Shown here piece by piece: positions 28,270-37,861 of a stretch of 64,000 bases of DNA. The notes beneath the pieces are model-generated. The model was not told the DNA's origin. It made no database searches and worked only from the letters and a program-made list of their open reading frames with translations. The stretch's first letter is position 1; every line of letters begins with the position of its first letter. This stretch comes from Limnochordia bacterium (GTDB lineage: Bacteria > Bacillota > Limnochordia > DTU080). Location: assembly GCA_050951545.1 (NCBI GenBank), contig JBMNJG010000011.1:192247-256246 (forward strand), read 5' to 3'. The position numbers and the translations under genes are program-made.

Positions 28270-29083
28270 TGGAAGAGTGCGACATGCGCAGACAGGCGTG
28301 GCGATTAGAGCGGCTATGCGCGCGGGGTCGATCCTGCGAGAGATGCAGGGCCGTGTGCATATTGAGTTCAAAGGCCCAATTGATCTGGTGACTGATGCAG
28401 ATCGGGCCGCTGAGCGGGCAATTATCGAGGGCATTCGGGCGGCCTATCCCGATCACGCCGTTGCAGCGGAGGAGAGCGGCGACGATGGGACGAATGAGTG
28501 CTGTTGGCATATCGATCCACTCGATGGCACCACTAATTACGCCCATGGACTGCCGCTGTATGCCGTGTCGCTCGCCATGGCTCGCTCAGGTGAGATACAG
28601 GTGGGTGTGATCTATGTTCCCGCGACTGATGAGCTGTTTGTGGCAGAGCGCGGCGGTGGAGCGTATCGCAATGGCGCTCCGATTCGTGTCAGTTCAATGG
28701 ATGTCTTGGGGCACAGTCTGATGGTGACTGGTTTCCCATACTCCGTGCGTGAGGACGGGATAAGCAACCTCGACCATTTCGTCAATTTCCAGTTGCGTAC
28801 CCAGGCAGTCCGGCGCCAGGGATCGGCGGCACTGGACTTGGCCCGTGTGGCGCAGGGAGCATTTGATGGTTACTGGGAAACATCCCTGCATCCATGGGAT
28901 ATGGCCGCTGGGGCGCTATTGGTGGAAGAAGCAGGCGGCAGGCTCAGCACGCTTCGGGGAGAGGCGTGGAGTTTGGGGCAACCCCAGATTGTGGCCTCGA
29001 ATGGTCACTTACATGAGGCGATGCTCGCGGTGCTGAGCCTCGGTAAGACTGGAATGGACGAGATCACTGCTCAGTTTCGCTAA
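28259..29083 (+). CDS. Inositol monophosphatase family protein (SuhB-like)
   Basis: DLVTDADRAAE, WHIDPLDGTTNYAHG, WDMAAG motifs. Confidence 0.85.
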   Translation: MEGSGRVRHAQTGVAIRAAMRAGSILREMQGRVHIEFKGPIDLVTDADRAAERAIIEGIRAAYPDHAVAAEESGDDGTNECCWHIDPLDGTTNYAHGLPLYAVSLAMARSGEIQVGVIYVPATDELFVAERGGGAYRNGAPIRVSSMDVLGHSLMVTGFPYSVREDGISNLDHFVNFQLRTQAVRRQGSAALDLARVAQGAFDGYWETSLHPWDMAAGALLVEEAGGRLSTLRGEAWSLGQPQIVASNGHLHEAMLAVLSLGKTGMDEITAQFR

Positions 29084-29096
29084 GAGGTGAAGGCGC

Positions 29097-29261
29097 GTGC
29101 GCGACCTTGTGGTCTCACTTGTCGTTGGTACTGCAGTCGGAGTGGTCTTCGCAGCCATGGGTTTGCCGCTTCCTGCTCCCGATAGACTGGCTGGAGTTGT
29201 GGGGATCCTGGGTCTTTTTTTGGGGGACAGGCTGGCTCGGATACTGCTGAGGCTGCGCTGA
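29097..29261 (+). CDS. Small XapX-like (DUF1427) membrane protein, 54 aa; absent from the ORF track (below 60 aa)
   Basis: GTG after GAGGTGAAGG; translation VRDLVVSLVVGTAVGVVFAAMGLPLPAPDRLAGVVGILGLFLGDRLARILLRLR, two short hydrophobic helices. Confidence 0.3.
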   Translation: MRDLVVSLVVGTAVGVVFAAMGLPLPAPDRLAGVVGILGLFLGDRLARILLRLR

Positions 29262-29269
29262 GAAAGGTT

Positions 29270-30031
29270 GTGACTCCTATGGAAGGACAGCTGCTGCAGG
29301 GCAGACGTGCTCTGGTGACTGGCAGCTCAGGCGGCATAGGTGCCCATATCGCAGTGGCTCTGGCTAGGGCGGGGGCAGATGTGGCGGTGAATTATCGGAC
29401 CAATCCAGATGGCGCCGAACAGGTCGCTTCTCGCATCAGGTGCTGTGGGCGGCGAGCTCTCGTACTGCACGCCGATGTGACCCGACGAGCTGACTGCCTG
29501 TATCTCGTGCGCGAGACAGTGGAGCAACTGGGGTCTATTGATATTCTGATCAATAACGCAGGTGAGTTTGCCTACAAGCGTTGTCGGGATCACACCCCGG
29601 AGGAGTTCGATCGCATCATTGCCAGCACGGTGGGGGCTACTTTCACTTGCTCGATGGCAGCCCTAGACCATATGCGGCAGACGGGCTGGGGGCGCATCGT
29701 CAACTTGGGCGCCGCTGGTGCTGAACGGGCAGGATCTCGGAAGAATTGTGGGCCTCACATGGCCGGAAAGGCTGGTGTAGTAGCGCTTGCCCGGACCCTA
29801 GCAGTTGAGGAGGCGTCTTTCGGCATTACCTTCAATGTCGTCTGCCCAGGAATCATCAAGGACCGAGACCTGTCCAGAGCGGAGGCACAGACGATGACGG
29901 ATCCCATGGCTCCTGTAGGGAGGCCAGGGACCAGCGAAGATGTCGTAGATGCGGTGATGTTCTTGGTTTCGCCGCAGGCAAGCTATGTGAACGGAGCGGT
30001 GATTTCGGTCACTGGTGGGTGGGAGGTATAA
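29270..30031 (+). CDS. SDR family oxidoreductase (FabG-like), copy 1 of 3
   Basis: ALVTGSSGGIG, NNAG, and the S...Y...K catalytic set (HMAGKAG). Confidence 0.85.
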   Translation: MTPMEGQLLQGRRALVTGSSGGIGAHIAVALARAGADVAVNYRTNPDGAEQVASRIRCCGRRALVLHADVTRRADCLYLVRETVEQLGSIDILINNAGEFAYKRCRDHTPEEFDRIIASTVGATFTCSMAALDHMRQTGWGRIVNLGAAGAERAGSRKNCGPHMAGKAGVVALARTLAVEEASFGITFNVVCPGIIKDRDLSRAEAQTMTDPMAPVGRPGTSEDVVDAVMFLVSPQASYVNGAVISVTGGWEV

Positions 30032-30033
30032 AG

Positions 30034-30807
30034 GTGTCTAAGCAGATTGCTTTGGTGACTGGAGGTAGCCGGGGTATTGGGCGCGCGGTCACTCTGGGGC
30101 TTGCCGGAGCAGGTTTCGGCGTGGCTGTAGGGTATGCTCGTAGTAGTGAGGCAGCCCAGGAAGTGGTGGAGCTGGCTCAGGCGAAGCATGTGCCAGCCGC
30201 GGCTTTCGGAGCGGATGTCGGTGACAGCGAGCAGCGGGGGGCCCTGGTGGAAGCTGTTCTGAGGGAGTTCGGGCGTATTGACATTTTGGTGAACAATGCC
30301 GGGGTGGCCCCCTTGAGTCGAGATGATCTCTTGACGGCACAAGAGGATAGTTTCGACAGACTGATGCGCATCAACCTCAAGGCTCCCTTCTTCTTGACGC
30401 AGCAGGTGGCACGGCAGATGATCGACCTGATGAAGCGAGATCCCCAGGTGCGGCCGAAGATCATCAACATTGGTTCGGTGTCTGCGTACGCTGCGTCGAC
30501 CAATCGTGGAGAGTACTGTATCAGCAAAGCCGGGTTAAGTATGGTAACAAAGTTGTTTGCAGCCCGTTTGGCAGAGCACGGTATTCTGGTATACGAGATT
30601 CGAGGGGGTATCATCGCCACAGACATGACCTCTGCGGTCAAGGAGAGGTACGACGCTTTGATCGAGGGCGGCTTGACTCCCATCCGTCGTTGGGGTACCC
30701 CGGATGATGTCAGTCGGGCGGTTGTGGCCCTTGCATCCGGCACGCTGCCTTTCTCGACAGGCGAAGTGATCAACATCGACGGAGGTTTTCACCTGCGCCA
30801 GTTATGA
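30034..30807 (+). CDS. SDR family oxidoreductase, copy 2 of 3
   Basis: GTG 6 nt after GGGAGGT; ALVTGGSRGIG, VNNAG, YCISKAG. Confidence 0.85.
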   Translation: MSKQIALVTGGSRGIGRAVTLGLAGAGFGVAVGYARSSEAAQEVVELAQAKHVPAAAFGADVGDSEQRGALVEAVLREFGRIDILVNNAGVAPLSRDDLLTAQEDSFDRLMRINLKAPFFLTQQVARQMIDLMKRDPQVRPKIINIGSVSAYAASTNRGEYCISKAGLSMVTKLFAARLAEHGILVYEIRGGIIATDMTSAVKERYDALIEGGLTPIRRWGTPDDVSRAVVALASGTLPFSTGEVINIDGGFHLRQL

Positions 30808-30827
30808 TTCATTGGGGTGTTCTTTTC

Positions 30828-31580
30828 ATGAAGCCGACCACGTTGGCGGGTAGGGTAGCTCTGGTGACAGGAGCGAGTCGCGGGATCGGCAAGGCAATAG
30901 CGCTTCGCCTTGCCCAGCAGGGGACAGCCGTCGCCATTGGTTACAGAAAGCGGCAGGCGGATGCGGCTGAGGTAGTGGCCCGTATTGTAGGTGCGGGAGG
31001 CAGGGCCGTGGCCATCGGGGCCGATCTTGCTGATGCAGACGGCTGTAGACGGTTGGTTGAGAAGACAACGGCCAGCTTAGGCGCACCGGATGTCCTTGTC
31101 AACAACGCTGGGATCTCGCTGGCTCGTTTGGTCTTGGACACGCGTGTTGGCGAGTGGGATGCCCTCATGAACGTCCATCTCCGCGCCTTTTTTCTTTTGA
31201 GTCAGGCCGTATTGCCAGCGATGATTCGTCAGGGCTGGGGGCGCATCATTGCCATCGCCTCGATCTGGGGAATGGTAGGGGCAGCCAATGAGGCGGCTTA
31301 CTCGGCGGCCAAAGCCGGGCAGATTGGCTTTGCTAAAGCGCTAGCCAAGGAAGTTGCTCGAGCGGGGATTACGGTCAACGTCGTAGCTCCTGGTGCAGTG
31401 GCGACCGAGATGCTGGCTACATATAGCGGCGAGGAGCTCAACGCATTTGCTGATGCCGTGCCTATGGGACGTTTGGGCACCCCTGAGGATATCGCAGCAG
31501 CTACGGCGTTTCTTGCATCACCGGAGGCAGCCTATATTTCCGGACAGGTGATAAGCCCTAACGGCGCTTGTGTCGTATAG
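30828..31580 (+). CDS. SDR family oxidoreductase (3-oxoacyl-ACP reductase FabG-like), copy 3 of 3
   Basis: VALVTGASRGIGKAIA, VNNAGI, YSAAKAG, PGAVATEM. Confidence 0.85.
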   Translation: MKPTTLAGRVALVTGASRGIGKAIALRLAQQGTAVAIGYRKRQADAAEVVARIVGAGGRAVAIGADLADADGCRRLVEKTTASLGAPDVLVNNAGISLARLVLDTRVGEWDALMNVHLRAFFLLSQAVLPAMIRQGWGRIIAIASIWGMVGAANEAAYSAAKAGQIGFAKALAKEVARAGITVNVVAPGAVATEMLATYSGEELNAFADAVPMGRLGTPEDIAAATAFLASPEAAYISGQVISPNGACVV

Positions 31581-31630
31581 GTCGCGTGTGTCAATGGTGT
31601 GAGAAGGATCTGCGGAGGAAGTGAGCTGTT

Positions 31631-32896
31631 GTGCGTGAGCAAGCTTACCGGGATCCAGTGCATGGGTTCATCACACTGACAGATGAGCTGCTGATACGTC
31701 TCATCGATACGCCTGAGTTTCAGCGTCTGCGTCGCATACGTCAGCTCGGGGCGACCTCGGGGACCTACCACGGCGCAGAACACAGTCGCTTTGGGCACAG
31801 TCTCGGAGCCATGTGGGTCATGCACGCAGTTCTGGAACGTCTTCAACACATGGGTTACTACATAGACGAGGAAGTCAGAGTCGTCGCCCTGTGTAGCGCT
31901 CTGCTGCATGATCTCGGGCATGGCCCGTTCTCACACGTCTTGGAGAGGTGTCTTGTCCCCAGTGTGGCGCACGAGGAGTGGTCGGCGCGTCTCGTGCTTG
32001 ATGATACCCATGTCCACCGCTGTCTGGCCGATGCAGACTCGCTGCTACCAGTTCTAGTGGCGGCTGTGTTGCGTGGCGAGTACGACGGACCTCGCTTCGT
32101 GGTGGAGCTAGTCGCCAGCCAACTCGACGTAGATCGCATGGATTACCTGATTCGGGATGCACTGTATGCTGGAGTTACCTACGGCCACTTCGATTTGCAC
32201 AGAGTGATTCATACGCTGCAGTTGGTCGACGAGCAGGTGGTGGTGCAGGCTAAAGGAGTCGTGGCTGTCGAGGAGTATGTCCTCGCTCGCTACCTCATGT
32301 ACTGGCAGGTTTACTTCCATAAAGCGACGCGCAGTCAGGAGCTGTTGCTGCAGGGGGTATGGCGTCGAGCCGTGAATCAGTGGCAGCAGGGGTACCTGAC
32401 GGCCGATGAGACAGCACCGTCGCTACGGCCATTTCTGCGCGGCGATCCAATAACGTCGCAGGCATATCTGGCCTTGGATGACCATGACTATGTGGCTTCA
32501 CTGAAAGCTTGGCGAGGGCATCAGGATCCGATCTTGGCAGATCTTGCGGGCCGTTTCCTTGAGCGGCGGCTACTAAAGCCCGTTTTCAAGGTTCCCTACG
32601 CAGGGGAGGTGAGCCCTCAATTTGGGGTGGTACGCGAGCTTGTCTCAAGACGGGGCTGGGACCCGGAGTACTACGTGATGCTAGATCGAACGAGCGATGT
32701 GGCCTACGATACATACGATGCTGACGAGGAATCGGCTGGGTCACCTATTCTTAGCCTGGATGAGACTGGTCGCCCTAGAGAGATCAGCCACCTCTCGCCA
32801 GCCATACGAGCGGTAGCAGTGCGCCCCAGGCGGGCGGTGAACCTGTACGTACCTCAGGACGTGGTCCAAGAGGTACGTACCTTGTTTCGCGTATAG
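31631..32896 (+). CDS. HD-domain phosphohydrolase of the dGTPase/dNTP triphosphohydrolase-like (SAMHD1-like) family
   Basis: YRDPVHGFI, SRFGHSLG, LLHDLGHGPFSH, DVDRMDYLIRDALYAGV. Confidence 0.75.
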   Translation: MREQAYRDPVHGFITLTDELLIRLIDTPEFQRLRRIRQLGATSGTYHGAEHSRFGHSLGAMWVMHAVLERLQHMGYYIDEEVRVVALCSALLHDLGHGPFSHVLERCLVPSVAHEEWSARLVLDDTHVHRCLADADSLLPVLVAAVLRGEYDGPRFVVELVASQLDVDRMDYLIRDALYAGVTYGHFDLHRVIHTLQLVDEQVVVQAKGVVAVEEYVLARYLMYWQVYFHKATRSQELLLQGVWRRAVNQWQQGYLTADETAPSLRPFLRGDPITSQAYLALDDHDYVASLKAWRGHQDPILADLAGRFLERRLLKPVFKVPYAGEVSPQFGVVRELVSRRGWDPEYYVMLDRTSDVAYDTYDADEESAGSPILSLDETGRPREISHLSPAIRAVAVRPRRAVNLYVPQDVVQEVRTLFRV

Positions 32897-32909
32897 ATTC
32901 ATTGGGCCT

Positions 32910-33674
32910 TCAGTCACCGTGGCGTTCGTCGGGCACCTCATCGTCCGTGGGGGTAGGAAAGGCAGTGTCGGAACTTACGTTGCCTTCGCTGATGTTTACG
33001 ATCCGGTCGCACATGGCAGCGATTTCGCCAGATTCGGTCGCGAGCACGTAGGTCTGGCCGAACTCGTAGTTAAGCCCGCGCATGAGCTCTACCAGCTCCT
33101 GGGCAGCATCAACGCTTAGCTCGCCTGTGGGCTCATCACAGAGGAGGAGAAGCGGATCGTTTACTAGGGCGCGGGCAAGTGCGACTCGTTGCTGATCGCC
33201 GCTTGATAGCTCCGACGGTCTGTGGTACATGCGATCATGCAGCCCCACGCGCACGAGCCATTCGCCAGCACATTGCTCCGCCTTTTTATGAGGCATCTTA
33301 CGATAGCGCAGCGGAAGCATGACGTTTTCAATCGCCGTAAGGGTCGGAACAAGGTGGTGTTCCTGAAACAAGAAGCCCATTTTTTCGCCCCGCACACCAG
33401 CTAGACGATTGGTCGGCAGCTCCGTTACGTCCTCGTCGGCGATGCGTATTCTTCCTGAGGTGGGGCGATCAAGGCAGCCGAGCAGTTGGATCAGTGTGCT
33501 CTTCCCAGAACCTTCGGGTCCCAAGATGGCGACAAACTCTCCGCGCCAGATGCTCAGAGATAGCCCGTCCAGTGCCCGCACATACTCCGTCGGGTTGATG
33601 CGGTAATCCATCACTAATTCATGTGCTTCTACAAGTGGAGTCTCTTCCAACGTGTAATTCTCACTGTTCACCAC
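32910..33674 (-). CDS. ABC transporter ATP-binding protein (FtsE/LolD/MacB-ATPase-like), orphan
   Basis: Walker A GPEGSGKST, Q-loop, signature LSSGDQQRV, Walker B LLLCDEPT. Start moved to GTG 7 nt after AAGGAGGA; the ORF track extends about 60 codons further. Confidence 0.85.
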   Translation of the reverse strand: MVNSENYTLEETPLVEAHELVMDYRINPTEYVRALDGLSLSIWRGEFVAILGPEGSGKSTLIQLLGCLDRPTSGRIRIADEDVTELPTNRLAGVRGEKMGFLFQEHHLVPTLTAIENVMLPLRYRKMPHKKAEQCAGEWLVRVGLHDRMYHRPSELSSGDQQRVALARALVNDPLLLLCDEPTGELSVDAAQELVELMRGLNYEFGQTYVLATESGEIAAMCDRIVNISEGNVSSDTAFPTPTDDEVPDERHGD

Positions 33675-34149
33675 AGTAACGTCCTCCTTAAGTGCAAAGC
33701 CAGGACCAGAATCAGACGAGACTGCCTCCGGTCTGCGTCGATAGGCGCCGCTCGCGTCTGGATAGCAGAAGGGATCCGCGCGCGAATCTTCTAGAGATTT
33801 GCGGGGGCTCTGGCGTGTGTGATATGCACACGGCCAGAGGGGCGAGCAAGGGTCTCGCACTCAGACAAGAGCTTCGCCTGAATAGCCGAAGTACCTTTCC
33901 GGGTTGTGGTCAGCATAGGTTGCGGCTGTCTACTCGTTCTAGTGTAACCCCGCAGGTGGTTCATAACAAGCCTACCGCGTAAAGAGTTGGCGAATCGAGG
34001 TGCTCAGGGGGCTTGACACCATCATGGCGAGATGGGTAACATTGTGCATAGTTTGGCTGGCGACATGCCTGCACAGCACAACACGGTTTCTTGGAGGAAG
34101 GCCCGTATCGCTAGACAACGTAGCAACGTCTTTGTGGGAGGTCAGGTAC

Positions 34150-34398
34150 ATGCCACACTATGATTACCGATGCGAGAAATGCGGCCAGTTTGAGGTGTAC
34201 CAGTCAATCAAGGCAGACCCGCTTTCGGCGTGCCCTACCTGCGGCCGTGCAGTACAGCGGCTGATAAGCCGCAATGTGAACCTCTTGTTCAAGGGTTCTG
34301 GGTTTCATATCACCGATTATCGGAGCGATGCTTACAAGCAGAAGGCGCAGGCCGACAAGGCTAGCTCCACGGCGGCAAGTAGCTCTAGCGCTAGTTGA
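34150..34398 (+). CDS. FmdB-family zinc-ribbon protein
   Basis: MPHYDYRCEKCG ... CPTCG CxxC-x-CxxC. ATG after GGGAGG. Ser/Ala-rich tail. Confidence 0.7.
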   Translation: MPHYDYRCEKCGQFEVYQSIKADPLSACPTCGRAVQRLISRNVNLLFKGSGFHITDYRSDAYKQKAQADKASSTAASSSSAS

Positions 34399-34424
34399 GC
34401 GGGATATGGGCTTTCCCCTGTAAG

Positions 34425-34461
34425 CAGCGGGCCTCCCAAGCGCAGGCCCGCTGTTTGTTTT
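34425..34461 (+). terminator. Rho-independent terminator after fmdB-like gene (hairpin also abuts the stop of the convergent aminotransferase gene)
   Basis: CAGCGGGCC-tcccaagcgca-GGCCCGCTG followed by TTTGTTTT. Confidence 0.6.
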
Positions 34462-34468
34462 GGTTGAG

Positions 34469-35662
34469 CTAGCTGATCTGCCGAAAGAAGGCCTCAATGC
34501 GTTCCAGCCCCGTCTTTATGCGAGCCATGGAGGTGGCGTAGGAGATGCGCACATATCCCTCAGCGCCGAAGGCGCTTCCGGGAACCAAAGCTACGCGCGC
34601 CTCAGTAAGCAATAGCTGGGCGAGTTGCGAGGAGCCGTCTATCAGGCGTCCTTTGTAGTGCTTGCCAAACATGGAAGCCACGTTGGGGAAGGCGTAGAAG
34701 GCGCCTTCCGGAAGACGACAGCGGATGCCTGGCATCGTGTTGAGCTGTGTGACGAGGTACTCGCGCCGGCGAGCAAACTCGACAACCATTCTATCCACAG
34801 AGTCCTGCGACCCTTCTAGGGCTTCGAGAGCCGCCTTCTGAGCGATGGAGGTGGCATTTGACGTGCTGTGGCTCTGAAGGCTACCTATGGCTCTGATGAC
34901 ATCGGCATTGCCGAGAACATATCCGATGCGCCAGCCAGTCATGGCGTGGCTTTTCGAGACGCCGTGAACTAGAAGGGTAAGTGCCTTCATGGCTGGGCCG
35001 ATTTGAGCAATGCTGACGTGGGGCTCCCCGGTATAGTTGAAGGGTTCATAGATCTCGTCGGAGATGACCACGATCTGTCCGTCCACGGCCACCGCAGCGA
35101 TCGCCTCCAACTCGCTACGGGTGTAGACGGCACCGGTTGGGTTGGCAGGGCTGTTGAGTATCAGCGCCTTGGTGCGCGGGCTGATTGCCTGACGGATCTG
35201 CTCGGCGCCTACCTTGAAGCCTTGTTTCTCTGGGCCCTCAATGACAACGGGTACCCCTCCGGCCAGACGCACCTGCTCCAGATATGAGACCCAATAGGGA
35301 GCTGGCACAATGACTTCGTCGCCTTCATTCAGCAGAACCTGGAAAATGTTGTAAAGGGCGTGCTTGGCACCTACGCAGACGACGATTTCGTGGGGAGCAT
35401 AATCCAGTGCGCAGTCACGGGCAAAGCGGCGACTTATGGCCTCTTTCAGCTCGGGGATACCGCTGGCAGGCGTGTACTTCGTGAATCCCGATTGGATGGC
35501 TTCGATAGCCGCTGCTCTGATATTGGCTGGGGTATCGAAATCAGGTTGGCCTACTGTGAGATTAACGATGTCTGTTCCCTGGCGCACCATCTGGTTCGTC
35601 AGTGTATCCATGGCCAGGGTTGCTGAAGGCTGCATACTCGACGCCCGCGTTGAAAGGTTCAT
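34469..35662 (-). CDS. Aspartate aminotransferase (class I PLP aminotransferase)
   Basis: LTVGQPDFDTP, NSPANPTG, and the SKSHAMTGWRIGY lysine motif. Confidence 0.9.
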   Translation of the reverse strand: MNLSTRASSMQPSATLAMDTLTNQMVRQGTDIVNLTVGQPDFDTPANIRAAAIEAIQSGFTKYTPASGIPELKEAISRRFARDCALDYAPHEIVVCVGAKHALYNIFQVLLNEGDEVIVPAPYWVSYLEQVRLAGGVPVVIEGPEKQGFKVGAEQIRQAISPRTKALILNSPANPTGAVYTRSELEAIAAVAVDGQIVVISDEIYEPFNYTGEPHVSIAQIGPAMKALTLLVHGVSKSHAMTGWRIGYVLGNADVIRAIGSLQSHSTSNATSIAQKAALEALEGSQDSVDRMVVEFARRREYLVTQLNTMPGIRCRLPEGAFYAFPNVASMFGKHYKGRLIDGSSQLAQLLLTEARVALVPGSAFGAEGYVRISYATSMARIKTGLERIEAFFRQIS

Positions 35663-35851
35663 TGCGACATTTCCCCTTTGAAGAATCGTTCCATGCTACA
35701 TCATCGACAGGAGCGCTCCTCATGCTATGGCTTGAGGTGGGCAGGCGGCGCCCAGACGATAGGTTCCCTTGAACACCTGGCGTGCTATTCGTGCCGGATG
35801 GCGGAAACCCTTTGGCAGAGAGCTACCATCGCTGTGTATACTTGCCGATGG

Positions 35852-35898
35852 AAAAAACGCCAAGCGCCACTGGGTGTCATTAATCAGCGACGCTTGGC
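35852..35898 (-). terminator. Rho-independent terminator downstream of the minus-strand FadL-like gene
   Basis: On the minus strand: GCCAAGCGtcgctg...cagtggCGCTTGGC followed by TTTTTT. Confidence 0.55.
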
Positions 35899-35914
35899 CA
35901 GGCTGAGGCGGCTG

Positions 35915-36910
35915 TCAGAAGCGGATCGACACATCTGCGAATGTAGTGTCGAGAGCTGTGAATCCGTTCTTGGTGCCCGCACCGACTCCGACGCTTATCG
36001 GCCCAAGGTTGGCACCCAGTCCCGCCGTTGTAATCGGGGTGCCGTCTTTCGGGCGTGTTTGACCAGCGCGAAGACTGATGGCGTTGAAGAGAAAGTTGGC
36101 CTCGGCTCCGAAATGCACCGTGCCGACGGTATCGCCGTCGATGGCCAGAGTGATCTTGGGGAAAGGTAGCCTGACTGCGACGCTGCCGCTGGTGACCGAA
36201 GTCAGCCGCTCCGTGTAGGACGGCTCCGCAGTCGTCACTCCTCCAGAAGTGGTCGTCCCCGTCCAGTGTGTCTGCGCTGCCAGATCGCGAGCAGAGACGC
36301 CTAGGGTAACTAGTTCGGTGATGTTGGCGAGAACACCAACGCCAAGCGAGTAGCCAACACCGTCCCAGGCGGTTTCTGTGACGGCTGAAGTATCAGTGTT
36401 CACTTCGAATCGTCTGCGCTCAGCGTCTCTACGCTGAACTTGGAAGCCCATCCGTAATTTGCCAGCGTTCAGCGGGACGGAGACGACGGTGAAGCCAGCA
36501 CCGATAGCCATTCGCTGCTGGAACTCGGTGTCGATGATCTTGTTGACACCTTCAGTGTCGACTTCGTACTTGCCGTCGATCAGAAGCCCCAATGCCACCG
36601 GACCAAGGCCGATTGCGGCCAGGCCGGACATGTTGTAATCTTGGCCCAGATCAGTTGGGTTCTTCAGGGCCGAGCGCAACTTGCTTAGGGTTTCGCTGTC
36701 AGTGGATCCCATGGTCCAGGCAGCATCAAACCATTTTTGCCCGAGGCCACCAGGGTTGTAGGCGAGACCACTGACGTCTGAAGAAAGGGCATTGTAGGCT
36801 CCCCCCATGCTGTAGGCACGGGCACTATACTCAGCAGCTACTGCTGTGCATGTTATCAACGACACAATCAGAACAGACGTGAGGCAGCGAACGAGCCATC
36901 GCATATGCAT
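35915..36910 (-). CDS. FadL/OmpP1-family outer membrane channel-like protein (second copy)
   Basis: Signal peptide; AEYSARAYSMGGAYNALSSDVSGLAYNPGGLG matches the FadL N-terminal hatch motif; beta-rich. Start set at ATG 8 nt after GGAGGTG. Confidence 0.5.
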   Translation of the reverse strand: MHMRWLVRCLTSVLIVSLITCTAVAAEYSARAYSMGGAYNALSSDVSGLAYNPGGLGQKWFDAAWTMGSTDSETLSKLRSALKNPTDLGQDYNMSGLAAIGLGPVALGLLIDGKYEVDTEGVNKIIDTEFQQRMAIGAGFTVVSVPLNAGKLRMGFQVQRRDAERRRFEVNTDTSAVTETAWDGVGYSLGVGVLANITELVTLGVSARDLAAQTHWTGTTTSGGVTTAEPSYTERLTSVTSGSVAVRLPFPKITLAIDGDTVGTVHFGAEANFLFNAISLRAGQTRPKDGTPITTAGLGANLGPISVGVGAGTKNGFTALDTTFADVSIRF

Positions 36911-37009
36911 CCTCACAGCACCTCCGTAGTAGCCTGGCAAAGCCAAAGCATAAGCCGTGGTTACGACTATTGCCTAGCTTTTTCGCTACTTTGAGGTGCA
37001 AACCCTGCG

Positions 37010-37657
37010 TCACGCCTGCTCATGGGCAGGAGATTTCTGCGCGGTCTGCGTGATACGTTGCAGGTTGCGCTGAAGCACTTGCGGCCGCGGGCGGCCGACC
37101 AAGTGGGCCTGCACTACTCCATCTCTGTCGATGAATACATAAGTGGGCGTCGCCTTGACAAGGTAGGCTGCGCTCACTGTCCCTTCTTGATCTAAGAGGA
37201 CGGGAAAACTGAGACGCTGTTGCTGTGTAATAGTCTTGACGAGCTCAGGTTTTTCCAGCAAGTTAATGGCTAAGATGACAAGTTGGTTCTCGCTGTGGGC
37301 TTGATGCAGCTCTTCCAGCTGGGGCATGTCGTCACGGCAGAACGTGCACCAACTAGCCCAGAAGTAGAGAAGCACCGGATGACCTCGGTAAGAAGACAGA
37401 GTACGACTCTCTTGTTGCGTGTCAAGCAATGTGATGTCAGGAGCTGGTGCTCCCACGGCAAAAGAAGTGGAACCCGGCTCTGGCTCGGTGGACGCGGGAA
37501 GACTGTGCCATAGGACAGTCCGAGGCATCGGCGTGGATGTGAATACCGCCGTCCGCAAGAGGATGGCGTATCCTATGGCTGCCAGGGCTAGGATAAAGAG
37601 AGCAATCCATAAGATCAGTCTGTCGGCCCTGAGGGCGATGAAGCGAATAGGCGACAC
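37010..37657 (-). CDS. TlpA/ResA-like thiol-disulfide oxidoreductase (thioredoxin fold) with N-terminal membrane anchor
   Basis: N-terminal TM helix; LLYFWASWCTFC CxxC motif; redoxin core. Confidence 0.8.
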   Translation of the reverse strand: MSPIRFIALRADRLILWIALFILALAAIGYAILLRTAVFTSTPMPRTVLWHSLPASTEPEPGSTSFAVGAPAPDITLLDTQQESRTLSSYRGHPVLLYFWASWCTFCRDDMPQLEELHQAHSENQLVILAINLLEKPELVKTITQQQRLSFPVLLDQEGTVSAAYLVKATPTYVFIDRDGVVQAHLVGRPRPQVLQRNLQRITQTAQKSPAHEQA

Positions 37658-37861
37658 AGTTGTGCTCCTCTCTGCCCATACTAGATGATGTGTACGCTAA
37701 CACGCATCAGAATATGTGGCAAGACAGGGCTCAGGTACGTGCATCTGCTGGCATTTGCTGAAGCCGTGAAGCGTTGACACGTTGAGACGAGGGTGTTAGG
37801 ATAGAAACGGCTTCCATAAGGGGCCTGCGCTGTCATGCCCCGTAATCGCAAATGTATGCCA

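Noticed and set aside
33692-33982. 96-aa Arg-rich ORF in the ABC/fmdB divergent region
   Set aside because: Composition (R/S/L-rich, low complexity) and lack of RBS indicate a non-coding spacer. It was treated as regulatory sequence.
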